A DNA stretch of 64,000 nt from an uncultured bacterium (GCA_963729625.1 CAVSOU010000016.1:1-64000); one strand, 5' to 3'. Counted from the stretch's first letter, positions 1-11,121 are shown. A program made the numbers and translations. The notes: generated by a model not told the origin, from the sequence alone.

Positions 1-2
1 AG

Positions 3-302
3 AGCGTCCTCCAGCACATACGCGCGAAGATCATCGCGCACGGCTTCGGCATCCCACCGTGCTCCCAACAGCGGCCGCTGCACCCCTTGCGGCCCCAACT
101 CACCGATGGCCTCGGCTACCTGCCAACCGTTCTTGCGCTCCACCCATCCGAGCAACCCAGCCAGGAAGCGCCGCACCCGTCTCCGTACCTCGATCCGTCC
201 GAACCGATGGACAATCCGCTCGTGCAGTCGTTCCCACGCTGCCGTGCCCTGTTCCAAGACTGCATCTTCCGCCTCGTCACCCTGCCACCGCTCTGCGACC
301 AT
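3..302 (-). CDS. IS701-family transposase, N-terminal part (runs off window)
   Basis: Manual translation from ATG 302 (RBS GGGGAGGG): MVAERWQ...[44 protein letters not shown]...[14 protein letters not shown], a typical IS701 N-terminus. Not in the ORF track. Probable IS end CTACAGTCACATTT near 347-360. Confidence 0.85.
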   Translation of the reverse strand, partial: MVAERWQGDEAEDAVLEQGTAAWERLHERIVHRFGRIEVRRRVRRFLAGLLGWVERKNGWQVAEAIGELGPQGVQRPLLGARWDAEAVRDDLRAYVLEDA

Positions 303-489
303 GCTCGTTCCCTCCCCACAGTTGGAGAAGGTTACCACGCTGGCTGAAATGTGACTGTAGGGGCGCAAGTATCGCGGCGGCCGGCGCGCTTTACGCCAAC
401 TGCTCGAAGAAGCACGTCGCAACGCCATGCACATGGTACGTTACGCACCAAGTCACGCTTGAAGTGGGACAGTAGGGGCGGGGTCGACG

Positions 490-1311
490 ATGCAGAGTGA
501 ATCGCCCGAGGCACAGCCGGCCCAACGTGAGCAGTGGCAGCAAGGCAGCGGCTATGACGCATTCATGGGCCGCTGGAGCCGGCTGCTCGCCCGCGCTGCC
601 CTGCCCAGGTTGGGCGTACCGCCGGGGCGGCGCTGGCTGGATGTTGGCTGCGGGACGGGCGCCTTCAGTCAGGCGGTGCTTGCCTGGGCCGCCCCCAGTG
701 CCGTCACTGGTGTCGACCCGTCAGCGCCGTTCATCGCCTTCGCGCAAGCTGCGCTGCCGGATCGACGTGTCCACTTTGTCGTGGGCGAGGCGCAGCAGCT
801 CCCAGTCGAGTCGGCCGCCTTCGATGTCACTGTGGCCGGGTTGGTGCTCAACTTCGTGCCGGATGCGGCGCGGGCGGTAGCGGAGATGGCGCGGGCCACG
901 TGTCCTGGTGGGCTGGTGGCTGCGTATGTCTGGGACTATGCGGCGGGCATGCAGGTCCTTCGCTGCTTCTGGGATGCGGCAACTGCTCTCGACCCGGCTG
1001 CTGCCTGCTTGGGTGAAGGCCGGCGTTTTCCCCTCTGCCAGCCGCAGGCACTGGCGGATCTCTTCCGTGCGGGGAGTCTCCTCGACGTCGCGGTTGGGCC
1101 GCTTGAGATCGCCACGACGTGTCGCGACTTCGACGACTACTGGACGCCCTTTCTCAGCGGCCAAGGACCGGCGCCGAGCTATGTCGCGGCGCTCGAAGCG
1201 CACGGTCGTGCGCGCCTACATGAGCGACTGCGCGCCAGTGTGCCGGCGCAGGCGGACGGCACGATTGCCTTGATGGCGCGGGCGTGGGTGGTGTGCGGCC
1301 GCCGAGGCTGA
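490..1311 (+). CDS. Class I SAM-dependent methyltransferase
   Basis: YDAFMGRWS, motif I WLDVGCGTG, GVDPS, LVLNFVPD. Confidence 0.9.
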   Translation: MQSESPEAQPAQREQWQQGSGYDAFMGRWSRLLARAALPRLGVPPGRRWLDVGCGTGAFSQAVLAWAAPSAVTGVDPSAPFIAFAQAALPDRRVHFVVGEAQQLPVESAAFDVTVAGLVLNFVPDAARAVAEMARATCPGGLVAAYVWDYAAGMQVLRCFWDAATALDPAAACLGEGRRFPLCQPQALADLFRAGSLLDVAVGPLEIATTCRDFDDYWTPFLSGQGPAPSYVAALEAHGRARLHERLRASVPAQADGTIALMARAWVVCGRRG

Positions 1312-1502
1312 GGCGCCTCACCTGTTTGTGCATGAGAATGCAGGCATCATCTGCACCGCTTCCTTGACCTGCCGTGCCGCCGGCCCATCACGCCGACACG
1401 CGATCGGGGCGTAAGTGTTCTTTCGACCTATCCGGCCAGCATCGAGACGAAGACATGCCCTGCCTCCCGTGAGATACGCGCCGAACAGAACAGGAGTATG
1501 TG

Positions 1503-1872
1503 TCAGTCGGGAGGCGAACCGGCAACACGCCGCAGGAGCGACGCAAGCTGTGCGTGCCCTTCGGCGTTCGGGTGCAGCGTCTCGGCGTAGTTCACAGCAT
1601 CCAGCGGGAAGAAGTAGCTCGAGGCAGAGCAGACGTCGTGCCCGGCGAAGATGGGTGCCGGGGAGACGAAGGTTGCCACGCCGGAGTCTTTCGCCGCCTG
1701 ATGGACGGTCTCATCCAGCTTTTCGATCAGACCATAGAAATTCGGCACGTCACTCGGGAAGACCCCGACGCGGCTAAACGGCAAGTAGAGAGCGGCACAG
1801 CCGATCGGCGCGGTGGGCGGCAAGACGTTCGGATAGCCAAAGACGACGACTTGCGCTGCGGGCGCGACCGGC
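1503..1872 (-). pseudogene. SGNH/GDSL hydrolase C-terminal fragment
   Basis: APAAQVVVFGYPNVLP...FAGHDVC...LHPNAEGH (block V His); N-terminal GDS motif absent. Confidence 0.7.
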
Positions 1873-2045
1873 GGCTCGTCGGTCCATCCTCTGCCGATGA
1901 TGGGCAATGTCGGCATCGCCGGCGCAGCGCTGCGCAACTGGGTGCACAGCCTGCACGCTGCCCTTGACGGCAAGGGCGTGTATGCCGGGCACGTGGCGAT
2001 CAGCGCTTGGATCGGGCGCGATCCGGGTGTCACGCCGGACGCAAT
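1873..2045 (+). pseudogene. Short-chain dehydrogenase (SDR) C-terminal fragment
   Basis: MMGNVGIAGAALRNWVHSLHAALDGKGVYAGHVAI; no Rossmann N-terminus; boundaries approximate. Confidence 0.55.
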
Positions 2046-2377
2046 GTGGGTCTGGGGCCGACCAGCGCCACGACATCGGCACCTACGGCGCTCCGCGGGC
2101 GCACACCCTCATTGTTACCGTGTACACGCTCTACCCTGTGGGCACCGATTCTGTTCCATGGTAGGTAGATCGTCTGAGCAGACTGACGATGCCACTGCCG
2201 CCATGAGGGAACTGGAAAGCGTACTGCGCTGAAACGTGCACGGTGCGTTTGGGGAGGGGCCGACGGGACAGGGCTGCGCAAGCAACACCTCATGATTGAG
2301 CGGCTGATGGCCCGTACGCCGCGCGGCAGGCGGCGCTGGACGCGGTGCCAGACGTCCCTGGAGCGAACGCGCGAGTG

Positions 2378-3768
2378 TTAGGCACTCGTGAGGGCATACA
2401 CGACGAGCGGCTTGTTGTCCGACTCGGTCATAACCAGGCGTGAGCCCCCAGCCAGGCTGATAGCTGCTCGGCGTGGACCGTAGCCGGCGCGCGCCACGAA
2501 CATCGCTTGGCGAACGGTCTTGCCCTGCGCGCCGAGCACGGCGAGCTGCAGGTGCGCAATCAACACCGTCTGGTCCTGCAAGGCAATGCCATAGAGCGCG
2601 CTGAACGTCTGATGCGGGCCTCTGAGCGCGACGATGTTCAGAGTCGCGGAGCCACAGCCATTGGCATAGAGCGACCACTGTTCCAGCGCCACCTGGTGAA
2701 TCATGGACATGTCCAGGGTGGTGGGGTGCACATTGCAGGACACCGTCAGCGCGCGCAGGTCAACGGCCGTGCCACCGACGGTACTGACCGGAGGCTCGCT
2801 GGGAGCGAACACGCGATCGTAAAGCGTGGCGTGTCCGGACAGCTGCATGTCGTAGAGGACGCCATTGGCGTTTCCGGTGAAGCTGATTTGCACGATGCTG
2901 GCGCCGCTGATGCTGGCGCTGATCGGCACGCCGGGCTGACCCTGATTGGCCGTCACGCTCACGGTCGAGAACGGCTTGCTGTTCTGATCCAGGACGACGA
3001 GGTGCGCGGTGATCGTCTTGTTGTCGGAGTCGTCGGATACGCCGATCCTTGCGCTGAAAGTCCCGGTTGCGTCGGTCATGATCAGCTCCGCGATGCCGCA
3101 CGTATCGACGGCCAGGTAGGTGTCGCGCGACACGAGCTTGTGGGCGACAGTCAGATCCGCCGTGCCGAGATTGGCATTGCACAGGCCGACGACCGCGTCG
3201 GGAGAAACGGGGACGGGCGCGCCATTGGGGCTGCCGAAGTCCTGACGATCCGGATTGTGATGCGGCGCCACAGCAGTGGGAAGGAAGCTGAGGCCGGCCA
3301 CCAGCAGGTTGACGTTGGTATTCCCGGCATCCATGGTGAACGTCACGGTACGCCCGCCCGCCAGGTTGACCCAGAGTGGCTGAAGCCCGCTGCCGAGGTA
3401 GGTCAGACCAATCGCCTTGCGCAGCAAGTGGCCGCCGGCATCGAGCACGGGCAAACCCACCTGTGTGGGTAGGCTGCTATAGTCCGAGGAGTCGATCTGT
3501 CCGTAGCGGAGTGCCAGCGCACCCGTCGCGGTGGCTGCGACCTGTATCGTGACTTTGCTGCAACCACCCTGCAGCTCCAGGGCTGTCGTCGCGGAGATCG
3601 CGATCGCGCTGACTGTACTCGCCTGGGAGAGTGCGGCGGCATTGCAGTCGAGATGCGGGGCGCTCGCCGGCACCGGCACGCCGCCCAGCGGCACGCCGCC
3701 ACTGATTAACGGTGTGGCTGCGAGCGCCCGCGCGGTGCCGGACAGCTTGAGATTGTACAGGTATGGCC
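2378..3768 (-). pseudogene. Repeat-domain extracellular protein (NPCBM/NEW2-like beta-sandwich repeats), 5' truncated
   Basis: Repeated TFSARIGVSDD / TFSALYGIALQD...PISASISGASIVQI units; 5' end replaced by ISL3 sequence. Confidence 0.55.
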
Positions 3769-4240
3769 CGTGGCGCGACCAAGGCAGGCAGGCGCTCGGT
3801 AAAGATGCGACGCGGACACCAGCGGACGCGACAGACGAACCGGCGGACGGTAAGGAGGATAGTAACCGGGGTGCTGCCGACGCTAAGGTCCGTGATCGTG
3901 CGGCGGTAGCGACTGTGCATGCGGCGCGAGCGACACCGGCATACGGGGCAGCGCCCGCGTCGTGCACGCGCCTTCGCGACAACCTGGATGCCGTCAGCAG
4001 CCCAACTGATGTGCTCAATCTGGATATCGGTCAAACCAGGGAACAACATTGCCGTCAGCACGGTGTGCCTGCCTCTCTCCAGGAGAACCTGAAACCTGGA
4101 GCTTTAGGCTAGCGTTCCTGTGCGTAGCGGACCAGCAGAGCTGACAGCCGCACCTCTCAAGCGGCACGTGGCTCTATCCGCTGACTGCGGTCCTCTGGAA
4201 ACACCGGAGAGAACCCCGTCATCAAATATGCCCATGAACC
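3769..4240 (-). mobile_element. ISL3-family left end plus transposase N-terminal fragment (CDS 4061 to ~3769)
   Basis: CPVCRCRSRRMHSRYRRTITDL...VRRFVC....CPRRIFTERLP zinc finger; end-like GGTTCATGGGCATATTTGATG from 4240. Confidence 0.8.
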
Positions 4241-4592
4241 AGAATCTGGCCCCAATGGAGCGGATAACGGCATTCGAATCTGGCCCCACCCAAGGCATAG
4301 CTCGGTACCCTCATCGCGATGGAAACGATGAAGGGGGCGAGAGAAGGGAATGCTCAGGGTGGAGGAAATCGAGACAATCCGGCGGGCCTACCATATAGAG
4401 AAAAGGAGCATCCGGGCGATTAGCCGGGAGCAGGGCCATCACCGGCGGGTGATTCGGGAAGCCATTGTGGGCACGCAGCCGTCGCCCCGACGCTACCGGC
4501 AGACGGGGCCGCGCAAGAAGTGGCGCGTGGATGTGGTGGCACCGCTGATCGACGCCTGGCTGCAGGCCGACCAGGTGGCCCCACCCAAGCAG
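4241..4592 (+). mobile_element. istA: IS21-family left end and istA N-terminal fragment
   Basis: GAATCTGGCCCCA repeated at ~4242 and ~4276; MLRVEEIETIRRAYHIEKRSIRAISRE...IDAWLQADQVAPPKQR. Confidence 0.75.
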
Positions 4593-5210
4593 CGAGTGTT
4601 CCAGATTGCCTGCGGGTACGAGGACCAGAACGATGCCGACAGTCTGCGCGACGACCCCTTGCTCAAGCTAGTCTGTGGGCGTCTGCCGGAGAGTGGTCCT
4701 GCCCTGGCCGGCCAGTCCACCTTCAGCCGCCTGGAGAACAGCGTGGACCGGCGAGCCTGTCGCCACCTGGCCCACGCCCTCCTGGAGGTGTACCTGGTGG
4801 CACGGGAGCAGGACGGCGTGCCTCGGCACATTCTGCTGGATATCGACAGCACCGACGACCCGACACACGGGCACCAGGAAGGGACAGCCTACCATGGCTA
4901 CTACCGCCAGCACCAGTACTACCCGCTGCTCGTCTTCGACGGGGAGACCGACCAGCTGATCACCGCCATCCTGCGCCCGGGCACGGTGCACGGCAGTCGC
5001 GGGGTCATCAGTGTGCTGCGCATGCTGGTCCAGGCCTTTCGGCAGCGCTGGCCCGGCGTACAGGTGGAGATCCGTGCTGACGCGGCGGGCGCCACACCCC
5101 GTATCTACCGCTTCTGCGAACGGCACCAGATCACCTCTACCCTCGGTCTGGGCACCAATGCCCGCTTGGCCGCCCTGGCCGCTCCCCTGCTCGCGCAGGC
5201 CCAGGCCCTG
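4590..5210 (+). pseudogene. IS1380-family transposase internal fragment fused in frame to istA fragment
   Basis: QRVFQIACGYEDQNDADSLRDDP, LDIDSTDDPTHGHQEG..YHGYY, LRPG..H, IRADA. Confidence 0.85.
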
Positions 5211-5512
5211 GAGTTGATCCGGTTCGGTGGAGGGATTGAGACTAGGTGGTTAGTCGCAAGGTACCTCCTTTCGTCGCGCGGAGAAAAGGCCGTGCTGGCA
5301 CGTCCGCGCTGCCTGTTTCGGTCGGAGGTGTGACCCTTCCGGCACCCCCTGCTGCGTCGTCGGTGCGGCGCGGGGGACGGTGATGGACGATCTGAACGCT
5401 GGCGCCCCGCGCCGCCCTCCAGCCTAGCAGGGGGGCCCGCCGGCGGGTCAACCCCGCTCCCTGCACGACGGCGCCGCTTTTGCCGGGCACGGGGAGGAGA
5501 CGGCGGCCGGTG

Positions 5513-5668
5513 GGTGCCTCCCTGCGGCTCCAGCTCATCAAGATCGGCGGCCGGGTGCGGGAAGGGCTGCAGCGCATCGGCCTGCACCTGGCCAGCAGCC
5601 ATCCCGGCCAGGTGCTCTGGGCGCTGCTCGCCATCCCACCTCCCAGCCGCGCACCGCCGCGCCGCTAA
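5513..5668 (+). pseudogene. IS1380-family transposase C-terminal fragment
   Basis: SLRLQLIKIGGRVRE...LHLASSHP. Confidence 0.75.
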
Positions 5669-5909
5669 CCCGAACCGCTGCTCCCGATCGACACCGCCAC
5701 CGCTGCGGTCCACCCGCGGCACGATGCCGCACGCCGCAGCGCCGACGCCGGCCTCTCCCCAGGCGAGCCCAGCCGGGGGCCAATGGACTCGCGCTGGGTC
5801 GCGCCGCCTCACCATGCCCCACATCCTGACCAGCGCCTACTCCCACAACGCGACGCATGCCATCACGAGCCTCCCAGCATCCTTGCTTAGCTCGTTTCCG
5901 TCAGGGTTC

Positions 5910-6155
5910 CTGCATAAGCGGGATGACTGCCTGCAGTCATGCGCGGGAATGAAAAGTGCGTAGCTGGCACACTCGAGAGGCGGCGGGCGCGCAACGTCGA
6001 ACCTTTATTCGGTGCCGGAGAGCCCGTTGAATAAGCTGACGTGGATGCGTCCAGGATTGCACGAGTGTTGCCAGCCTCTCGGGGTAGAGCACGGGTAGGA
6101 AAGTTGTTGTTCGCACTGCATCCACGAGCCCGCTGCATCGAGCAAGGGACAGGAG
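5910..6155 (+). ncRNA. Candidate bridge/seek RNA region of IS110
   Basis: Long non-coding end upstream of the recombinase, the established bridge-RNA location in IS110 sensu stricto; structure not computed. Confidence 0.55.
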
Positions 6156-6162
6156 GAAGGAC

Positions 6163-7401
6163 ATGCAGGTAGTCCATGCGCGGCGTTGCGGGATCGACGT
6201 GCACAAGAAATCGGTGACCGCATGCGTGATGCTGACGGATGCCACCGGCACAGCTTCGACGCAGGTGCACACCTTTTCCACCATGACAGTCGGGCTCTTG
6301 GCGCTGGGCGACTGGCTGCAGCAGTGCGGTGTTACCCATGTCGCCATGGAGTCCACCGCCATCTATTGGCGGCCGGTGTTCAACGTGTTGGAGGAGGCGC
6401 ACACCATCATCCTGGTCAACGCCCAGCACATCAAAGCGGTGCCTGGGCGGAAGACGGACGTGCGCGATGCGGAGTGGCTGGCGGACTTGCTCCGCCATGG
6501 CCTGCTGCAGCCCAGCTTCATCCCACCGGCACCAATTCGGAACCTGCGCGATCTGACACGGTACCGGAAGACGCTGATCGGCGAGCGCACCCAGGAGATC
6601 AATCGCCTGCACAAGGTGCTCGAGAGCGCCAACATCAAGCTTGGAATGGTGGCGACGGATGTGCTCGGGACGAGCGGGCGCTTGATGCTCGCGGCCCTAC
6701 TCAACGGCGAGGAGGACCCCCAGGTGCTCGCTGACTTGGCCCGGGGCCTCTTGCGCAAGAAGCTCCCGGCGCTGCAGCAGGCACTGGAAGGTCGTGTGCA
6801 GCCACACCACCGCGTCCTCTTGCGGCAGATCCTGGCGCATGTGGACTTCTTGGAGCGGTCCATTGCGGTCGTGCAAGCCGAGGTGGGCCAGCTCCTCGAC
6901 CCAATGGCAGAGGACGTTGCCCTGCTGCAGACCATCCCGGGTGTGAGCAAGCAGGCAGCAACCACCATCGTCGCTGAAATCGGCACCGATATGCGCCGCT
7001 TTCCGTCTGCCAAACACCTCGTCAACTGGGCGGGTGTGTGTCCAGGCAACCGCCAGAGCGGCGGCAAACGCCTGAGCAGTAAACCCACGCAGGGCAACAC
7101 GTGGTTGAAGGCCGTACTCGGTGAAGTGGCGTGGGTGATCGCGCGGCTGCGCGAGCCGAACTATCTGACGGCGCACTATCGCCGCATCGCCCGCCGCCGC
7201 GGCCGGTTCAAGGCACTCGTGGCCGTCAGCCACACGGTCCTGTCTATCGCCTACCACCTGCTGACCAAACGCCAGCCGTATCACGACCTGGGGGCGGAGT
7301 ATCTTGACCGGCTGGATCACGACCGCATTCAGCAGCATCACATAAGGCGCCTCAACGCGTTGGGCTTCGACGTTGCACTCACGCCACGCTTGGTCTCGTA
7401 G
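6163..7401 (+). CDS. IS110-family transposase (DEDD recombinase)
   Basis: GIDVHK, VAMESTAIYW, KTDVRDA, PGNRQSGGK (catalytic Ser); RBS GGAGGAAGG. Confidence 0.95.
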   Translation: MQVVHARRCGIDVHKKSVTACVMLTDATGTASTQVHTFSTMTVGLLALGDWLQQCGVTHVAMESTAIYWRPVFNVLEEAHTIILVNAQHIKAVPGRKTDVRDAEWLADLLRHGLLQPSFIPPAPIRNLRDLTRYRKTLIGERTQEINRLHKVLESANIKLGMVATDVLGTSGRLMLAALLNGEEDPQVLADLARGLLRKKLPALQQALEGRVQPHHRVLLRQILAHVDFLERSIAVVQAEVGQLLDPMAEDVALLQTIPGVSKQAATTIVAEIGTDMRRFPSAKHLVNWAGVCPGNRQSGGKRLSSKPTQGNTWLKAVLGEVAWVIARLREPNYLTAHYRRIARRRGRFKALVAVSHTVLSIAYHLLTKRQPYHDLGAEYLDRLDHDRIQQHHIRRLNALGFDVALTPRLVS

Positions 7402-7609
7402 ACCAGCCAGGGGTTTTCGTAGGAATCCAGGCTAGAAGACTGGGAGCTTCCCTAAGGGACAGCGGTATGCCCCAGTACTGAGCAATGGGGAGTGAGATTC
7501 AGGCGGCAGCCGCTCCACGAGCGACTGCCGGCGCTCTCGCTTCACGACCAGGCGGCTCGCCGCACGCCGTGCCGCCCTCGCCGATCCTTTCCCACCCGTG
7601 TCCGCCCCG

Positions 7610-8527
7610 TCAGTTGGTACCGACCCAGTCCGGCGTCGCCGCTGCCCGCCAGCGCGCGCGGATCGCCGCCACCTGCGCCGGGTCGAGCGGCCCAGTCTCG
7701 ACATGGGCCGCGTTCTCCAGCAGCCGCTCCGGCCGCCGCGTGCCGATGATCGCCGTGCTCACGCCCGGCCGGCCGAGGGCGAACCGGAGCGCCATGCCGA
7801 CCGCTTCCCGCAGGTCTCGGCGGAGGAAGTCGTAGTCGAGCACCCGCAGGCGCTCGGCGTAGCTGTCGGTGTAGCCGCGCGGCCAGTAGACCACCCCCTC
7901 CGGCGGCATGATGCCGGCCCACGCGACGTTGGCCAGCGAGCGCTTGGCGATCACGCCCATGTGCCGGTCGCACGCCAGCGGCAGCGTCAGGTCGATGCAC
8001 TCCTGATCGGCGATGCTCACCGACGTCTCCAGTACCTGGAAGCGTCCGGTCTCCACAGCGTACCGCGCCGCCTGGCTGTCGCCGCTGTAGCCAATGAAGC
8101 GGGTCTTGCCGGCAGCACGCGCACGCTCAACGACGTCGATGACGTCGCCGCGCTGCAGAACATCCGTCGTGCACGAGTGCAGCAAGAGCACGTCGAGGTG
8201 GTCCGTCTCCAGGCGGCGCAGGCTGCGATCAATGGTCTGTTCGAGCAGCCGCGGATCCCAGTCGTCGAACTGTTCCATGCCCGGGTTGTGCCCGCACTTG
8301 CTCACCAGCACGAGCCGGTCGCGCCGGCCGGGCAGTACGCGCCCCAGATCGGCCTCGCTCGCCCGGTAGCACTCCGCAGTGTCGACCACGTTGATGCCGG
8401 TGTCGAGCGCCATGTCCAGCAGCCGCGCCAGCGACACCTCGTCGATCGGGGTGTGCCCGATCTCGGACGCGCCGAAGCCGAGTGCGCTGACCAGTAGGCC
8501 GGTGCTGCCGAATGTCCGCTGTTCCAT
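7610..8527 (-). CDS. Aldo/keto reductase
   Basis: MEQRTFGSTGLLVSALGFG, DTAECY, SLRRLETDHLDVLLLH. Confidence 0.9.
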   Translation of the reverse strand: MEQRTFGSTGLLVSALGFGASEIGHTPIDEVSLARLLDMALDTGINVVDTAECYRASEADLGRVLPGRRDRLVLVSKCGHNPGMEQFDDWDPRLLEQTIDRSLRRLETDHLDVLLLHSCTTDVLQRGDVIDVVERARAAGKTRFIGYSGDSQAARYAVETGRFQVLETSVSIADQECIDLTLPLACDRHMGVIAKRSLANVAWAGIMPPEGVVYWPRGYTDSYAERLRVLDYDFLRRDLREAVGMALRFALGRPGVSTAIIGTRRPERLLENAAHVETGPLDPAQVAAIRARWRAAATPDWVGTN

Positions 8528-8587
8528 CCTTCTGCTCCCTTCACGTCGTCGGCTGAGCAAGCCACGCTCCTGACTTTCACGCCGCTT

Positions 8588-8760
8588 GCCCTTGAGCCCG
8601 GTCAGGGTTATGCCCTCCACAATGTAGCGCCGGCCAAAGAGGAAGATGATCAGTACCGGGAGCAGGGCCATGCTCACGTCGGCCAGCATGCCGGTGGAGC
8701 TGGTCATTGAGTACTGTCCTTGCGGCAGGCCGAATCCGACGGCGATGGTCAGGTCTTTCG
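8588..8760 (-). pseudogene. Carbohydrate ABC permease C-terminal fragment (stop lost, reads into the AKR)
   Basis: LTIAVG...MALLPVLIIFLFGRRYIVEGITLTGLKG. Confidence 0.7.
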
Positions 8761-8964
8761 GGGCATGGCACCTCCGCCGGGGCGGTCATGCGTCAGGCTG
8801 TAGAGGCGATGATGGTGGAATACCTCACGGCTGTGCAGTACTCCCACCCCTGTCCGTCCGGGCCGGACTCCTGGGAGACCCGGGGGATGGGGCTCGCCCT
8901 CTACCTCACGCTGCGCCCCGCAGGCATCGGCCCCAGCCCCGGGGCAGTCTCGTGTGAGGGGGCG

Positions 8965-9155
8965 CTCGGGCTCGGGCGAGACGGCCATACCCGTGGCCAT
9001 TGCCGCCATTGCCAAGCGGCATGGCGCCAGAATCGTGCACATAGGCTCCAATCGTGCAAGCTCGGTTGGTCGCGGCGCGGACCTGTTTGTCAGCATACCC
9101 TGCCGCACCACGCTGCACCTGGACGACGAAATCGACTCCCAGCAGCCTATGACCG
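8965..9155 (+). pseudogene. SIS-domain (6-phospho-3-hexuloisomerase-like) fragment
   Basis: SGSGETAIPVAIAAIAKRHGARIVHIGSN...ADLFVSIP...SQQPM. Confidence 0.65.
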
Positions 9156-9265
9156 TGCATGTGATCGACACTCTGAAGCACTTGACCGATCACACTGCAT
9201 GACTCTGCGGGCCGTACAGCAACGTCAGCAAACATGTCGGCACCGGCCCGATGCCTGCACAAGGG

Positions 9266-10261
9266 CTATGTCGCACGAACGAGTAGAGCAGCAAGGCCGA
9301 CCTGGGAGTGGAGCCCGTCTTTGATGGACCGGTCGCTTCCGGCGTACAAGAGGCAGTATCCATTGCTGCCCTGACGGAGAATGGGGCTGGCCACCGAGAC
9401 GCTATCGAACGCCCCCGCTGGACCGACGGTGAAGATGGGGTTTCCGGGGAATTTGGTCCAGTGCACGAGATCGTCGGACATGGCCAGGCCAATACCGGTT
9501 GGGTCGTCTAGACTCATGCCGTCGCCGGCGTAGAGCATATTGAACCTGCCATCTTCCGCGAAGACCTTTGGCGTGGTCACCGTATGGGCATCCCAGGATC
9601 CAGATGCGCCAACACTCAGGACCGGGTTGTCGCCGACCTCGGTAAACGTGAAGCCGTCGGTAGAGGTCGCCAGGAAGATGCGATATCCGTCCTGGACGAT
9701 GCGCACGAAGTACAGGTAGAGCGTGCCGCGATGCTCCACGAGGTGAGGGCACCGGCCGGGCATGACCGGATTGTTTGGCCACTTGGTGAAGGTGTAGCCG
9801 TCGGGCGACATGGCAAGGCCTATCGTCTCGCCGCCGTCGTCGACGTCGCCGGGCTCGAGCGCCCCACGTTCGAGCGCTTCGGCAAGCGCGTGTGCATCGG
9901 TCTGAGTTGCGCTGTAATAGAGCAGATATCGGCCGCCGAACCGGACCACCGCCGGGTCGAAGGCGCTCCCGCGGTCGAAGGCCTCGGGCCCTGCGTGCAC
10001 GATTGGGTTTCCAGGGTAGGGCGCCCAGTGCTTCGCTGCGGCATCGCCGAGTGGCGCGGTAAAGAGGCCGATCTGCTCGACACCGCCAGCCGAGCCCTCG
10101 ACATACATGGCAAGTTGTCCATCGAGCTCCAGCACGGTGCTATCGGAAAGGAAGTCGCGGCACCAATCCCCGCTGGCGGTGCTGACCACGGGGTTGTACT
10201 GGCTACGTGCCCAGAGAGACTGGTTGTGCCGTGGGTCGTGTGTAAAGAGACGCTCGAACAT
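9266..10261 (-). CDS. Five-bladed beta-propeller glycoside hydrolase/phosphorylase (GH43/GH130-like)
   Basis: Repeated IGLAMSxDxxxW/FTK(W/F)PxNP and GAFD/GSWD blades. Confidence 0.75.
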   Translation of the reverse strand: MFERLFTHDPRHNQSLWARSQYNPVVSTASGDWCRDFLSDSTVLELDGQLAMYVEGSAGGVEQIGLFTAPLGDAAAKHWAPYPGNPIVHAGPEAFDRGSAFDPAVVRFGGRYLLYYSATQTDAHALAEALERGALEPGDVDDGGETIGLAMSPDGYTFTKWPNNPVMPGRCPHLVEHRGTLYLYFVRIVQDGYRIFLATSTDGFTFTEVGDNPVLSVGASGSWDAHTVTTPKVFAEDGRFNMLYAGDGMSLDDPTGIGLAMSDDLVHWTKFPGNPIFTVGPAGAFDSVSVASPILRQGSNGYCLLYAGSDRSIKDGLHSQVGLAALLVRAT

Positions 10262-10298
10262 CGTATGCCTTTCTGTGCTTTGTGTATGCGGGATGGTT

Positions 10299-11114
10299 CT
10301 ATTCCTTGACGGAGCCGGCGAGGAGACCTGCCACGAGATAGCGCTGGCCGAAGAGATAGAGCAGCATCACGGGGATGCTCACGACCGTGAGGCTGGCCAT
10401 CAGTACCGGCACGTTGAGCGAGAACTGGCTTTGGAAGGCCGTGAGGCCGACGATGAGCGTGCGCAGGTCGTCCTGCTCGAGGAAGACGAGCGCGATCAGA
10501 AGCTCGTTCCAAGCCCACACGAAATTGACAATGAACGCGGTCATGAGCGCGGAAGCGGAGATAGGCAGGACAATGCGCAGCAGGCTCTGCATTTGGGAAC
10601 AGCCGTCGATCTGGGCCGCGTCGAGCAGCGCGGCAGGCAAGGTGACGAAGAAGTTGCGCAGGAGATAAATCGTGAATGGGAGCATCAGGCCGATGTAAAT
10701 GATAATGACCGAGATGCGCGAGTTGATGAGGCCGATCGTGACCATCAGGCGGAATTCGGGTACCAGCATGACTACCGGCGGGACCACCATCAGCGGAAGC
10801 ATGAGGTTGAAGATGAGGTCCCGGCCTCTAAAGGTGAAGCGGGCCAGCGAGAAGGCTGCCAGCGTGGCGAAGGCGGTGCTTACAGTAACGGACCCAATGG
10901 AAATGACGGAGCTATTCCAGAATAGTTGGCCGAGGTTCGCACCGCTCAGCGCGTCCGAGTAATTCCCCATCGTAGGGGTTGACGGGACATTCGCCGGGTG
11001 CAGCGCGAAGTCCAGCGGATTCTTAAAGGCGTTTACGAACATGAAATAGATGGGGAAGAGGACAATTACAGACAGGATCAGCAGGGGAATCTGACGCATT
11101 GCACGTACGATCAT
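10299..11114 (-). CDS. Carbohydrate ABC transporter permease (MalG-type)
   Basis: EAA loop DAAQIDG, WAWNELL, TM helices. Confidence 0.9.
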   Translation of the reverse strand: MIVRAMRQIPLLILSVIVLFPIYFMFVNAFKNPLDFALHPANVPSTPTMGNYSDALSGANLGQLFWNSSVISIGSVTVSTAFATLAAFSLARFTFRGRDLIFNLMLPLMVVPPVVMLVPEFRLMVTIGLINSRISVIIIYIGLMLPFTIYLLRNFFVTLPAALLDAAQIDGCSQMQSLLRIVLPISASALMTAFIVNFVWAWNELLIALVFLEQDDLRTLIVGLTAFQSQFSLNVPVLMASLTVVSIPVMLLYLFGQRYLVAGLLAGSVKE

Positions 11115-11121
11115 TGCGTTG

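Larger units (their letters stand above)
5902..7431 (+). mobile_element. IS110-family element, apparently complete
   Basis: Flanked by CAGG at 5902-5905 and 7428-7431; imperfect sub-terminal IR (GGTTCCTGCATAAG / TTTTCGTAGGAATC); ~255-bp 5' non-coding region. Confidence 0.7.

Noticed and set aside
357-480. GTAGGGGCG direct repeat as REP/BIME or TSD
   Set aside because: Only two short copies, no palindromic REP body, and both overlap probable IS ends
5211-5245. TCCGGTTCGGTGGAGGG as group II intron DV/DVI
   Set aside because: The 5' half of DV (GAGCCG...GCG) is absent; more likely an unidentified IS end
4350-5333. 327-aa ORF as a novel transposase
   Set aside because: It is an in-frame chimera of an IS21 istA N-terminus, an IS1380 fragment and unrelated 3' DNA
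7610-8707. Permease-AKR fusion protein
   Set aside because: Explained by a lost stop in a truncated permease; the AKR has its own RBS and ATG at 8527
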